A DNA stretch of 54,264 nt from Bacteroidota bacterium (GTDB taxonomy: Bacteria; Bacteroidota; Bacteroidia; Bacteroidales; UBA12077). The stretch covers positions 1 through 54,264 of the forward strand of contig JBHOSR010000004.1 of the NCBI GenBank assembly GCA_042584405.1, written 5' to 3'. Shown here piece by piece: positions 1-10,297 of this stretch (its first letter is position 1; each line of letters opens with the position of its first letter). The translations under genes and the position numbers were made by a program. Below the pieces are notes generated by a model. That model did not search any database and was not told the origin of the DNA. It worked only from the letters and a program-made list of their open reading frames with translations.

Positions 1-3000
1 GCAATATGTGATAGCCTGTGTAAAGGATTAGCAAAAAATATTACCGATACTTTATTTAGCAAAAACCATCCTGTTTTACCAATTTTATTTGTTGGAGGAG
101 TTTCTAAAAATGATGCAGTTATTAAACATTTAGAGCAGCTCTTAGAAACAAGGTTACTTCAACATGATCATTCTCACATTTTTGGAGCAATTGGAGCTTG
201 TTTATTAATCCTAAAGGAAGAAAAGGACTTGTCTCCTATCGAAATTAAATCGTTAGATGAAATACTAGATAATGATCAAAATAAAAGAGAATATTATTAC
301 GAACCTTTATCTTTAAAACTTAGCAAATATCCTGATTTTAAAAATCAGGATTCATATCTTTTTACACCAATTCAATCTTTACATTCAGATAAAGTGCAGG
401 TAGATTTATATAATACTTTAAATAAAAATACTGACTATAAAATATATTTGGGAATAGATATAGGATCAACCAGTACAAAAGCAATTATTATTCATGAAAA
501 CAAAGAACCTCTTGTAGGTTTTTATACTTATACCGCAGGAAATCCTTTACGCGCAGTTAAATCAATTTACGAAGCTATTGATAATATTGTTGATAACAGA
601 AAAATAAAACTTTCCTTTTTGGGAGTTGGAACAACAGGTTCAGGAAGAAAATTCATTGGAAAGATTATTCGAGCTGATTCAATTATTGATGAGATTACAG
701 CACATGCAAGGGCTGCATACGAGTTGAATCCTAAAGTGGATACAATTATTGAGATTGGTGGTCAGGATGCTAAGTTTACAATAATGCACGGAGGTATAGT
801 TACTTTTTCGCAGATGAATACTGTTTGTGCTGCAGGTACCGGTAGTTTTATTGAAGAACAAGCTAAGAAACTGAATTGCCCACTCTCTGAGTATTCTAAA
901 AGAGCTGAAAATGTAAGAGCTCCATATGCCAGTGATCGTTGTACCGTATTTATGGAACGTGATATCAACCAATTACTAAATATGGGATTTTCTGTGAACG
1001 AGACACTGGCAACGGCTCTACATTCTGTTACTGAAAATTATCTTAAGAAAGTAGCTACAGAAGCATCTATAGGCGAAAATATTTGTTTTCAAGGTGCTAC
1101 AGCCAAAAACAGATCCTTAGTAGCAGCTTTTGAACAGAAATTAAAGAAAGAAATATTTGTTTCTAAATATTGCCATCTTACCGGAGCATTAGGTGTAGCA
1201 ATATTACTACGTGAAGAACATGTGGGAAAAAGCAATTTTAGGGGATTGAATCTTTACAAAGAAGTTATACCCGTTAAAAGTGAAACATGTCTCTTATGCG
1301 CAAATAATTGCCATATAAGCATAGCGGAAGTTATGGGTGAAAAAGAAGCTTATGGTTTTTTATGTGGACGTGATTATACTGCAGAAACCCCAACAAAAAA
1401 GCTTAATAAGGAATTTAATTTAATTGTAGAAAGGAAAAAAATCCTATCTGAAAAGCAAAAATTTAAATATGATGTTGTTATAGGATTGCCTGCATCTTTA
1501 AACTTATTCGAAGAATTGATACTATGGAAACGTTTTTTGAACAATTTGTCGATTCGAACTATTACAAGCGAAAATTTTACGGATTCTTTAAAAACAGGTA
1601 AACGTATTGCTGGTGCTGAGTTTTGTGCACCCGTTGATTCAATGTTTGGACATGCTGCCTATCTGGCTAATAAAGTGGATTATATTTTTATTCCTGTTTT
1701 TCTTGAATCAAGAGAAAAACCAAAAGACACAGTTAGAAATTTCTGTTATTATACACAGTTTAGTTCATCCTTAATATATTCTTTAAAGGATATGGATATT
1801 CAGAAGAAATGTCTTTCACCTTTAATTGATTTCAATAAAGGAAGTTATTATAGTGCACTTCAACTATTAAAATGTTTAAAACCTATTTTAAAAAATGATT
1901 TAAATTATTTTGAAGTTAGTAAAGCTTATGATGAAGCGGTAAGTTTTTACGAGGACAAGAGAAAAAGGTTAACGGATCTGTTTGATCAGGAATTTAATCC
2001 GGAAAAAGATCTATCTGTAGTTTTGTTAGGAAGACCTTATATCGTATTATCGAAAACAATGAACAAAGGAATTCCCGATATTCTTTCAAATATGGGAGTA
2101 AAAACTTTCTATCAGGATATGATAAATTCAGATTTTGAAAAGTCGGATGATATTAAGTCTTTACTTAAAAAAGTTCCATGGCATTATGCTGCTCAAATCC
2201 TTGAAAAAGCTAAAGTTATTGCTACAACAAAAAATCTTTATCCAGTATTGATTACTGCATTTAAATGTGCACCTGATTCCTTTATTATCGAATATTTTAA
2301 AAAGATATTGAATAAACATCACAAACCATATCTTATCCTTCAAATTGATGAGCATGATTCAAATGTAGGATACGAAACCAGAATTGAAGCAGCTATTCGT
2401 TCATTTAAAAATCATTCTAAATCGGCTGAAATTATTCCTTCAGTAAAAGCTTTTGAAATACTGCCTCATATAGAATCACAAGTAAACGGTAAAACATTAT
2501 TATTTCCAAGCTGGGATTCAATTGTTTCACCACTGATAGTTGCCAACTTAAAAAGAACTGGAATTGATGCTCAATTGATGGAGTCTAGCGAAATGATAAT
2601 AAAAAAGAGTATGGCACATAATACAGGACAATGCTTGCCTTTAAATATCATTACACAAGAATATATTGATTATGTTGAGAAATACTCGTTAAATCCTGAA
2701 AATACAATACTATGGATGATAGAAAGCAAATTATCATGTAATCTGAGATTTTATTCGTATTATATGAAAAGTCTTCTAGAAAACTATGGTAATGGGTTTG
2801 AAAAATCGAATGTTTATAGTGGTCCATTAACACATTTAGAATTCTCATTAAATACTTGTTACTATGCATATTTTGCATATATGATTGGTGGTTTAATTCG
2901 AAAAATTAGCTGTAAGATACGACCATATGAAACAATTAAAGGAGCCACTGATACAGCAATAGATAAAAGTGTACTTATATTGGAAGAAGCTTTTCTAGGG

Positions 3001-3651
3001 AAAAAGTCGATGGATGAAGCTGTTTCTGAAGCAATAGTTTTATTTGATAAAATCGAAAAATCCAATGAGAAAAGACCTAAAGTAGCCATATTTGGAGATT
3101 TCTATGTCCGTGATAATGATCTAATGAATCAGGAACTTATTCATGCCATAGAAAATGCTGGTGGTGAGGTTATTACAACTCCCTACAACGACTTAGTAAA
3201 GATTACAATAGAAAATATTTTAAGACGAGCATTAGCTCGAGGTAGTTACTCTCAAACAGGACTTTATAAGATTGTAATTAGTATTTTTAAATTGTTTGAT
3301 GAAAAATATTATAATAAACATTTTAAAAAATATTTTGGAAAACAACCAGTTATTAACCCAAAGAAACTAGAGAAACATCTTGATAAGTTTAATATAAATC
3401 TTATGCATTCAGGTGAATCATATGAAAACATTTTGAAGGTTTTTTATATACTCGAAAATTATCCGGATGTATCACTATTTGTACAAACAAATCCTGCCTA
3501 TTGCTGTCCTTCGTTAGTTACTGAAGCAATGACTAATGAAATTAAAAGAATAACTGGTGTTCCAGTTGTAACCATAACATATGATGGTACCAGTGAATAT
3601 AAAAATGACATTATCATACCATATTTACAGAGCAAAAAGAATGTAACTTAA
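1..3651 (+). CDS. Multidomain CoA-substrate-specific enzyme activase / 2-hydroxyacyl-CoA dehydratase-like fusion (BcrAD/BadFG ATPase, DUF2229-like and dehydratase-like domains), 5'-truncated by the window edge
   Basis: Frame 1 is open from base 1 (AICDSLCKG...FVGGVSKN...HIFGAIGACL, the end of a first ASKHA domain). Then GIDIGSTSTK, TTGSGR, EITAHARAA, IEIGGQDAK, MNTVCAAGTGSF, CTVFME, CLLCANNC, FCAP, FKCAPDS, IDEH, QCLP and CCP. The TTG at 229 is not the true start. Confidence 0.9.
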   Translation, partial: AICDSLCKGLAKNITDTLFSKNHPVLPILFVGGVSKNDAVIKHLEQLLETRLLQHDHSHIFGAIGACLLILKEEKDLSPIEIKSLDEILDNDQNKREYYYEPLSLKLSKYPDFKNQDSYLFTPIQSLHSDKVQVDLYNTLNKNTDYKIYLGIDIGSTSTKAIIIHENKEPLVGFYTYTAGNPLRAVKSIYEAIDNIVDNRKIKLSFLGVGTTGSGRKFIGKIIRADSIIDEITAHARAAYELNPKVDTIIEIGGQDAKFTIMHGGIVTFSQMNTVCAAGTGSFIEEQAKKLNCPLSEYSKRAENVRAPYASDRCTVFMERDINQLLNMGFSVNETLATALHSVTENYLKKVATEASIGENICFQGATAKNRSLVAAFEQKLKKEIFVSKYCHLTGALGVAILLREEHVGKSNFRGLNLYKEVIPVKSETCLLCANNCHISIAEVMGEKEAYGFLCGRDYTAETPTKKLNKEFNLIVERKKILSEKQKFKYDVVIGLPASLNLFEELILWKRFLNNLSIRTITSENFTDSLKTGKRIAGAEFCAPVDSMFGHAAYLANKVDYIFIPVFLESREKPKDTVRNFCYYTQFSSSLIYSLKDMDIQKKCLSPLIDFNKGSYYSALQLLKCLKPILKNDLNYFEVSKAYDEAVSFYEDKRKRLTDLFDQEFNPEKDLSVVLLGRPYIVLSKTMNKGIPDILSNMGVKTFYQDMINSDFEKSDDIKSLLKKVPWHYAAQILEKAKVIATTKNLYPVLITAFKCAPDSFIIEYFKKILNKHHKPYLILQIDEHDSNVGYETRIEAAIRSFKNHSKSAEIIPSVKAFEILPHIESQVNGKTLLFPSWDSIVSPLIVANLKRTGIDAQLMESSEMIIKKSMAHNTGQCLPLNIITQEYIDYVEKYSLNPENTILWMIESKLSCNLRFYSYYMKSLLENYGNGFEKSNVYSGPLTHLEFSLNTCYYAYFAYMIGGLIRKISCKIRPYETIKGATDTAIDKSVLILEEAFLGKKSMDEAVSEAIVLFDKIEKSNEKRPKVAIFGDFYVRDNDLMNQELIHAIENAGGEVITTPYNDLVKITIENILRRALARGSYSQTGLYKIVISIFKLFDEKYYNKHFKKYFGKQPVINPKKLEKHLDKFNINLMHSGESYENILKVFYILENYPDVSLFVQTNPAYCCPSLVTEAMTNEIKRITGVPVVTITYDGTSEYKNDIIIPYLQSKKNVT

Positions 3652-3735
3652 ATTTTGAAGTACTATTGTATGGATTAGTGGAATTTGATCGTAATATGCC
3701 GTAAATTTGTTAAAACCACCATAACAGTTTTAATT

Positions 3736-5442
3736 ATGAGCTCCTGGCAATTCACGCCTATTGCAATTTTATATATTATAGCTGCAATTATAGCTTTTTC
3801 ACTATCATTTTTTGTAGGACAAATAAAGGCTGTGCGTGGGAAAACTTTTTTTAGGTTCCTTACATTATTTTCAGGTATTTGGACTCTTGCTTATACGCTG
3901 ATGTTTTTTAGTACAGAAGTTGCATTCAAACTCATAATGCTTCGTATTGAATATCTAGGGGTAATATGTGCTGCAACGTTTTGGTTGTTATTTGTATTGA
4001 GCTATACAAATTCTGATAATTGGTTGACAAAAAGGATAATAGGTTTAATATTCATTATTCCAGCTGTTACTTTTATCCAAATATTAACATTTCAATACCA
4101 TAAATTTTATTATCTCTCTTTTAAGTTTATTGAACTTGATGGCTTTTTAATTACAGAAAAGGAATACGGACCAGGTTTTTATATATGGATTGTTTATTCG
4201 TATTTTATTTTATTATTAGGTGGTGTTATCTTAATTCGCAGTATAATGAACATGCCTGTAAAATTCAGAAGACAAATACTGCCTATTATAATTAGTCTTG
4301 TGGTTATACTTATACCTAACTTTTTATATATAATTGGGAAAAATCCAATTGCACCGCACGATCCAACCTGTCTTTCCTTTGTGATTGTTGGTCTGTTATT
4401 TTTTATGATTATTTATGTTGATAAATTTCTAAATATTGTTCCTGTAGCATACAACCTGGTATTTAAAAACACAAAGAGTGGAGTTATAATTATTAACGAT
4501 AATGGAACAATACTGGATGTAAATCCCTCAGCAGAAAATATTTTTGGAATTAAACAACAAGAAATGGTCGGTTTAAATGTTTTGGATTATTTAACTGATT
4601 TTGAGGATGCTTATGAAAATCTTCTTAAAGATCAGGAATTTAGGGGCGAGCTAGATTTTACACAAAGCAACAGACATTACGAGCTAATTTCAGCTTCATT
4701 AAAGGATTATAAAAAAAGAATTATTGGCAGAATACTCGTATTTTATGATATTACAAAAAGAAAACTTGCTCATTTTGAGTTAGATGCTTATGCAAGAACA
4801 GTAGCCCATGATCTTAAAAGCCCTATGAGTTCCATTCTTGGATTTGCCGAAATTCTAAATTACAGTAATAATCTCGATAAAGATGAGCAAGGATATTGCA
4901 AATATATATATGACGGAATAATTAGAATGACGGATATTATTGATGGATTATTGCTTTTAGCACAGGTTCGAAATCAAGAGGAAATAGAAATTAAAGAGAT
5001 AAGAACCGATGAAATACTGAAAAAAGTGTTGTTAAGATTAGATGATTTGATAAAAAAATACGATTGTACAATTCAAATTTCTGATAAATGGCCATTAGTA
5101 TTAGGTTACCCGATTTGGATTGAAGAAATCTGGGTAAATTATATTTCAAATGCAATAAAGTATGGTGGAGATCCTCCCAAGGTTGAGTTAGGAGCTAAAG
5201 AATTAAAAGATTCGGTGAAATTTTGGGTAAAAGATAATGGTGAAGGTATTGCTAGTAATGAGGTGAAAGATTTATTTAAAGAATTCTCACAGCTCGAAAA
5301 TAGAAAAAGTGCTACTCAGGGATATGGTTTAGGCTTATCTATTGTAGAGCGTATTGCCAGTAAGTTAAATGGAACGGTTGGAGTTGAAAGTGAGCCTGGG
5401 GATGGTAGTTTATTTTACTTTACATTGCCAAAATCAGTGTAA
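3736..5442 (+). CDS. Sensor histidine kinase (N-terminal 7TM, PAS, HisKA, HATPase)
   Basis: About seven hydrophobic segments, PAS (DVNPSAENIFG), H-box AHDLKSP, N-box NYISNAIKY, G1 VKDNGEGI, G2 GYGLGL. ATG 3736 is preferred over TTG 3685. Confidence 0.9.
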   Translation: MSSWQFTPIAILYIIAAIIAFSLSFFVGQIKAVRGKTFFRFLTLFSGIWTLAYTLMFFSTEVAFKLIMLRIEYLGVICAATFWLLFVLSYTNSDNWLTKRIIGLIFIIPAVTFIQILTFQYHKFYYLSFKFIELDGFLITEKEYGPGFYIWIVYSYFILLLGGVILIRSIMNMPVKFRRQILPIIISLVVILIPNFLYIIGKNPIAPHDPTCLSFVIVGLLFFMIIYVDKFLNIVPVAYNLVFKNTKSGVIIINDNGTILDVNPSAENIFGIKQQEMVGLNVLDYLTDFEDAYENLLKDQEFRGELDFTQSNRHYELISASLKDYKKRIIGRILVFYDITKRKLAHFELDAYARTVAHDLKSPMSSILGFAEILNYSNNLDKDEQGYCKYIYDGIIRMTDIIDGLLLLAQVRNQEEIEIKEIRTDEILKKVLLRLDDLIKKYDCTIQISDKWPLVLGYPIWIEEIWVNYISNAIKYGGDPPKVELGAKELKDSVKFWVKDNGEGIASNEVKDLFKEFSQLENRKSATQGYGLGLSIVERIASKLNGTVGVESEPGDGSLFYFTLPKSV

Positions 5443-5468
5443 GTATTAATTTTCAATTTTTTTGTTAT

Positions 5469-6194
5469 TTACATTAAACTTTTAATTATCTCCGATTGAA
5501 ATTCAAGAATATTCAAACCTGAAGTTATGGGCAGACATCTATACCTGGTAGAAGATTGTTTCATACTTTTATAAAATCCTTTCTCAATCATGTGTTCTTT
5601 ACTACATCCTGCAACAAAGTAAAGATCGATAAGTCCATTTTTTAGAAAATCGCTGAATTCTTCCGCTTTCATTTCTTTTGTGTTATCAAACAAAGGTCTA
5701 ATATAGTGGTCAACGTAAGATTCTTTGGACTTTGATTTCGATATATATGGACCAATAATATCTAAATCGTTTATACCTTCAGTTAAGGTTCTTTTATATG
5801 TTACTGATGAACGTGATTCAATTTTAATTACTTTACTATCAGATCCATTCCTTTGAATTTTTAAATCATATTCATTTTCAGGACTACTAAAATCATCCGT
5901 TCTAACATCATCATATCTAACTACTTCACAGTTATGCAATTTATATTTTGCCAACCACGATTTCAGAAGTTCAAGAGCATAAATTTCAGCAATCATTCCT
6001 CGAAACTGATTTTGAAATTTAAGATTATTATTACGTACTCTTCCGTCCTGTCCAGCTTGTATAGTATGTTTAACTTTCAATTTCGCTTGTCTTGCTGCTC
6101 GCAAAATAAGGTCACTTTTTGGATCTAAATTTACTTTAACAATATTCCAAATTCCTGCTTTCGATTTTGTTTCATGATATTCAAACATGATCAT
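5469..6194 (-). CDS. Putative PD-(D/E)xK-like restriction endonuclease
   Basis: GMIAE helix, EYDL and IESRSS resemble the nuclease core, with Arg in place of Lys. Overlaps the upstream methyltransferase by 4 bp (ATGA). Confidence 0.55.
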   Translation of the reverse strand: MIMFEYHETKSKAGIWNIVKVNLDPKSDLILRAARQAKLKVKHTIQAGQDGRVRNNNLKFQNQFRGMIAEIYALELLKSWLAKYKLHNCEVVRYDDVRTDDFSSPENEYDLKIQRNGSDSKVIKIESRSSVTYKRTLTEGINDLDIIGPYISKSKSKESYVDHYIRPLFDNTKEMKAEEFSDFLKNGLIDLYFVAGCSKEHMIEKGFYKSMKQSSTRYRCLPITSGLNILEFQSEIIKSLM

Positions 6195-8659
6195 TTTTTA
6201 TTTACAGGTTTTATAGTTTTTAGTGAATCGGATTTAACTTTACGAACTTGTACAAATTCAACAGCTTTTTTTCGAATTATTTCTGTTTCTTTCTCTCCAA
6301 ATCCACAAGCATTCATAATAATCAGATCTAATTTTTTACGATCTTCAAATTCAATTTCTTTAAAAATTGATTCTTGTTTTCTTTTACTCATTGATTCCAT
6401 AATAACTTTCAATTCAGCCTCTTTATTAAGTAGATATTTGGGATGTGGAATAACAGTATCTTGTACAATATTAACATCGACATCGCTTAAGGTTTGACTT
6501 CCAGTTAATTGCCTGGCGAAAAGATCGATAAAATATCTAAAAATCGTACTATTTAAAATAGCAAATAATATATATGAGTATTGTTTAAATTCAGGTTTTA
6601 TGCAAATATTATAATTAACCTTATCGCAATATACTTTTGCATTTCGGTTATCAAGCAAACGGAACCGCTCTCCTATTTTTGATGGTATTATAAAATCACC
6701 AATAGCAATATCTTTACCCAGATTAAACCAATCTGATTCGCCACTCTTTGATATTCTTCCAGCACAGGTAGAACGTTTATTGATCTTGTATTTATAAGAT
6801 TCCCCAATCTTTATGTAATTACTGATTTCGGGATTCGATCCTTTCAATCTTTTATAGCTATTTTTTATATCTAATACACAGTACTTAAGATCATTTACTT
6901 TAATTGAAAGTTTAATTATTTCTCTTTGACTTTTCAGAATTGGTTTGACGTATTTTCTATTAAGTATATGATGATTTTTGTCGAGATTAGAGAAATACCA
7001 ACCATAAGTTTCCCAATAAACCGTATTCCTTTTATTTAATTTAATGGCTTCCTCGGTTTCATCTATTAAGTAGAAAAAATCATTTGCTCCTGTTTTTATT
7101 CCATACTTAACATCGCATATTTCTCTTAAAGCAACTAACTTATCTGCTGCTTTATTTATTATTTGGTTATATATTTCAGAAACTCTAAGGTATTTAGTTC
7201 CCCAATGACCATTTAAATACTTGCCTTTAACAGTACTTTGTAACTCAAGTTCTTTTTGATTTATGCTTTTTATACAGTAATTATCATTTTTAATATTCTT
7301 TTGGACACTCTCGATACTCTGAACAAAACCATTCAATTTTTCAAATCTATTTTTATCGGTAAAATGTCCAATTATTTTTGAATAGTCTTGAGTTATACGA
7401 ACGAATTTTACATTATTGTTTTCTCGTTCTTTTTGATTATTGCATTTTTCAACAATAAGAATAACCGTATTTACAGAAGCGGTTTCGAAGCTTCTGGTGT
7501 TTTGTTGGTCAATAATTGCGATAATTTTGAAACGATCTAATAGAAATTTTTGCAAGTCCTTTCCGTACGAAACATCTAACCAACTGCTAGCTATGACGTA
7601 ACCTAATCTGCCACTTTCTTTTAAAAAAGAAACAGTGTGCATTAAATAATAAACATAAAGATCGCTTTGTTTATTAAGATTTTTGAGGCCATACTCATTT
7701 TGAACTAGATCCAGCCACTTATCTTTGTTTTTAATAAGTTCTTGCCTAATGTATGGCGGATTACCAATACAGGCATCAAATGGCGGAAGTTTAATTTTCG
7801 ATGTTCTAGTATTTCCTGAAAAGTCTTTTTGATGTATTTGTGTAATTAAATCTTTATCTCTTAGGTTTAGAAAAAACAGGTTTACTTTTGTTAACAATGC
7901 AGGTAAAATATCAACCTCAATACCCCAAATTTTTTCTAATAGCTCATTATGGTTAAACGCAGGATTAGAATATTTTAATCTTTGGTAAGCTCTAACTAAA
8001 AAAGCTCCTGCTCCACATGCAGTATCTATAACATTCTCAGTATTAGTGTGTATACAAAATGTATTTATAATATCTATTTCATCATTGCTGGTAAAATGTT
8101 GCCCTTTTTCAGTTTGATCAGGATTTAATAATAGTGTATTATAAATATTCCCAAAAATATCAGTACCAATTTTATTTAAATTCAAATTCCCAATTTCAAA
8201 GGCATTTTGCAGTAATAATGGAAGGTGTTTTGCATTTAGTAAAAAATCATTTAAAAGTTCTAAACTAAAAATAAAATCATAACCTAAACCTATGGCATAT
8301 TTATATTTTTTTTGCAGCGTATCTTTGCTTTCTGAAGATTTAATAGGCGCTAATTTTAGATGTTTAGCTCCCTTTTGAAGTGAAATATAAATAGTAGCTT
8401 TTAAATAAAACAGAAAAGTAGCATATAAGGAAATTCTTTGCAATTCTTTATCATCACATGCTTTTCCTATTTCTAATGCTTTAAATTTTTTAACTTGTTT
8501 TATAATTTCTTTGAGTAACTGAGGATCATTTAATAAAGCTTTTTTCAGATCTTTAGCAATATTTATAGAAGTATAAGCGATGTAAGACGATATTTTTTGA
8601 ATATATATTTTATCTATAGTTATTTTCGATTCTTTCATAAATTGGTTTAATAAACTCAA
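6191..8659 (-). CDS. N6-adenine DNA methyltransferase, gamma class / Eco57I-type IIG-like, with C-terminal target-recognition region
   Basis: GQHFTS, DTACGAGAFL (motif I), GIEVD, IGNPPYIRQE (motif IV), SDLYVYY, YGIKTGANDFF. Start is TTG 8659 or ATG 8638. Confidence 0.9.
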   Translation of the reverse strand: MSLLNQFMKESKITIDKIYIQKISSYIAYTSINIAKDLKKALLNDPQLLKEIIKQVKKFKALEIGKACDDKELQRISLYATFLFYLKATIYISLQKGAKHLKLAPIKSSESKDTLQKKYKYAIGLGYDFIFSLELLNDFLLNAKHLPLLLQNAFEIGNLNLNKIGTDIFGNIYNTLLLNPDQTEKGQHFTSNDEIDIINTFCIHTNTENVIDTACGAGAFLVRAYQRLKYSNPAFNHNELLEKIWGIEVDILPALLTKVNLFFLNLRDKDLITQIHQKDFSGNTRTSKIKLPPFDACIGNPPYIRQELIKNKDKWLDLVQNEYGLKNLNKQSDLYVYYLMHTVSFLKESGRLGYVIASSWLDVSYGKDLQKFLLDRFKIIAIIDQQNTRSFETASVNTVILIVEKCNNQKERENNNVKFVRITQDYSKIIGHFTDKNRFEKLNGFVQSIESVQKNIKNDNYCIKSINQKELELQSTVKGKYLNGHWGTKYLRVSEIYNQIINKAADKLVALREICDVKYGIKTGANDFFYLIDETEEAIKLNKRNTVYWETYGWYFSNLDKNHHILNRKYVKPILKSQREIIKLSIKVNDLKYCVLDIKNSYKRLKGSNPEISNYIKIGESYKYKINKRSTCAGRISKSGESDWFNLGKDIAIGDFIIPSKIGERFRLLDNRNAKVYCDKVNYNICIKPEFKQYSYILFAILNSTIFRYFIDLFARQLTGSQTLSDVDVNIVQDTVIPHPKYLLNKEAELKVIMESMSKRKQESIFKEIEFEDRKKLDLIIMNACGFGEKETEIIRKKAVEFVQVRKVKSDSLKTIKPVNKK

Positions 8660-8835
8660 ATATACATTTTAAAAATAAATTCAGGATCTACTATGTAGGA
8701 TTATTCTGGTATACCTAATAATTTAAAATTTAAATTTGGACAAAAACTTGACAAGATATACATTGATTTCTTAACTTTATAGTACTTCAATTATAAAATA
8801 TAGAGTATTAAGTATTAATCCAAATTATGTAGCTT

Positions 8836-9009
8836 ATGTCACACGAAAAAACAATTCAAGACGGTAAAAAGAACAAGAATCCATTTAAAAAGATTAAAGA
8901 AAGAAGAACTGAATTAAAAGCCAAACGTGCAGAAAGAAAAGCTAAACGTGCTGATGAATTAAAACATAAGCGAAAACCACGTCGCAAAAAATATAAAGGC
9001 GTTGTATGA
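8836..9009 (+). CDS. Small highly basic protein, 57 aa (absent from the ORF track)
   Basis: Read by hand: MSHEKTIQDGKKNKNPFKKIKERRTELKAKRAERKAKRADELKHKRKPRRKKYKGVV, with 25 of 57 residues K or R. Promoter-like TTG...TAACTTTA at 8748-8779 and a terminator directly after the stop. Confidence 0.75.
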   Translation: MSHEKTIQDGKKNKNPFKKIKERRTELKAKRAERKAKRADELKHKRKPRRKKYKGVV

Positions 9010-9037
9010 AAAAATCCCGGTATTAACCGGGATTTTT
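9010..9037. terminator. Bidirectional intrinsic terminator
   Basis: AAAAATCCCGGT-ATTA-ACCGGGATTTTT between convergent genes. Confidence 0.85.
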
Positions 9038-9060
9038 CTTTTAGACAGATATGCTAGTTT

Positions 9061-10263
9061 TTATTTTTTCAATAATGCTTTGATAAATTCATCTCCTTTT
9101 AATATACCATAAAATCCTTCCTTTGTTGCTTCTTCATCATAACTAACAACGCTATCTGGTTTTTCATCAGGATGATAAATAATAAATGGTACTGGATCAT
9201 GAGTATGAGTTTTTAATTCACACGGAGTTGGATGATCAGGAATTAATGCAATAGCAACATCTTCATCCATTTTTTCAGTCTCTTCCATAATATATTTTAC
9301 AACCCGTTGATCCAAATATTCAATTGTCTTCTTTTTAAGTTCATGGTCACCTTCATGACCTGCTTCATCACTAGCTTCAATATGTAAATAAACTAAATCA
9401 ACCTCTTTAAGAGCATCTACTGCAGCTTTAGCTTTTCCCTCATAATTGGTGTTGTATAATCCTGTTGATCCAGGAACTTTAATGGCTTTCATTCCTGCAT
9501 ATTTACCAATTCCATATAACAAATCAACAGCCGAAATCATAGCTCCAGTTATTCCATATGATTCTTGTAATGTACTCATCTCAGGTCTGTATCCGGGCGA
9601 CCATGGCCAGATTGAATTACCTGAATCTTTTCCTTCTGATATTCTTTTTTTGTTGATAGGATGATCTTTTAAAATTTCCTGTGATTTAAAAATTAATTCA
9701 TTCAGAAGCTTAGCAGTTGTTTCATCATTACCTTTTGCCATAACCAATACATCTCTGAATGGAGTTCCTGGTACATCATGTGGAGGTGTACAATCAATAT
9801 TAGTTTTTCCGTTTTTTAATACCAATAAATGACGATAGCTCACGCCTGGATAAAACTTAATTTCTTCTGATTCAAGTTCTTTTTGTAGCGTTTTAATTAA
9901 TTCATGAGCTTCAGCATCGCTTATATGACCAGAAGAATGATTTTTAATCTTTTCATCCTCAATGCATATAATATTGCATCGCATAGCCATATCATTATCG
10001 TCCAAATCAATTCCCATACTTGCTGCTTCAAGTACACCTCTTCCCTGGTATACTTTTTTAACATCAAAGCCAAGCACGGCCATGTTAGCAATTTCGCTTC
10101 CTGGCGGCATGTCACTAGGTACAGTAACTAACTTTCCGCATCTTCCTCTTTTACAAAGCTCATCAATATTAGGTGTAACGGCAGCCATTAAAGGAGTTTT
10201 ATAACCGAATTCTTTTATCGGATAATCAGCCATACCATCACCAAGAATAATTATATATTTCAT
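9061..10263 (-). CDS. apgM: Cofactor-independent phosphoglycerate mutase family (ApgM-like; proposed homoserine kinase subfamily)
   Basis: GDGMAD, PPGSEIAN, GRGVLEAAS, GVSYRH, DEAGHEG, PDHPTP, THTHDPVP; adjacent to thrC. Confidence 0.85.
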   Translation of the reverse strand: MKYIIILGDGMADYPIKEFGYKTPLMAAVTPNIDELCKRGRCGKLVTVPSDMPPGSEIANMAVLGFDVKKVYQGRGVLEAASMGIDLDDNDMAMRCNIICIEDEKIKNHSSGHISDAEAHELIKTLQKELESEEIKFYPGVSYRHLLVLKNGKTNIDCTPPHDVPGTPFRDVLVMAKGNDETTAKLLNELIFKSQEILKDHPINKKRISEGKDSGNSIWPWSPGYRPEMSTLQESYGITGAMISAVDLLYGIGKYAGMKAIKVPGSTGLYNTNYEGKAKAAVDALKEVDLVYLHIEASDEAGHEGDHELKKKTIEYLDQRVVKYIMEETEKMDEDVAIALIPDHPTPCELKTHTHDPVPFIIYHPDEKPDSVVSYDEEATKEGFYGILKGDEFIKALLKK

Positions 10264-10297
10264 TTTTATAGTATTAATCTAATATGATTAACAAGTA

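Noticed and set aside
229-231. TTG start of the first ORF
   Set aside because: The frame is open and domain-like from base 1, so the gene starts outside the window.
8716-8760. TTGGACAA/TTGACAA repeat as a C-protein box for the R-M pair
   Set aside because: No GACT...AGTC-type box and no controller gene; better explained as promoter sequence.
5443-9009. R-M locus as a discrete mobile element
   Set aside because: No integrase, transposase, tRNA or flanking direct repeats found.
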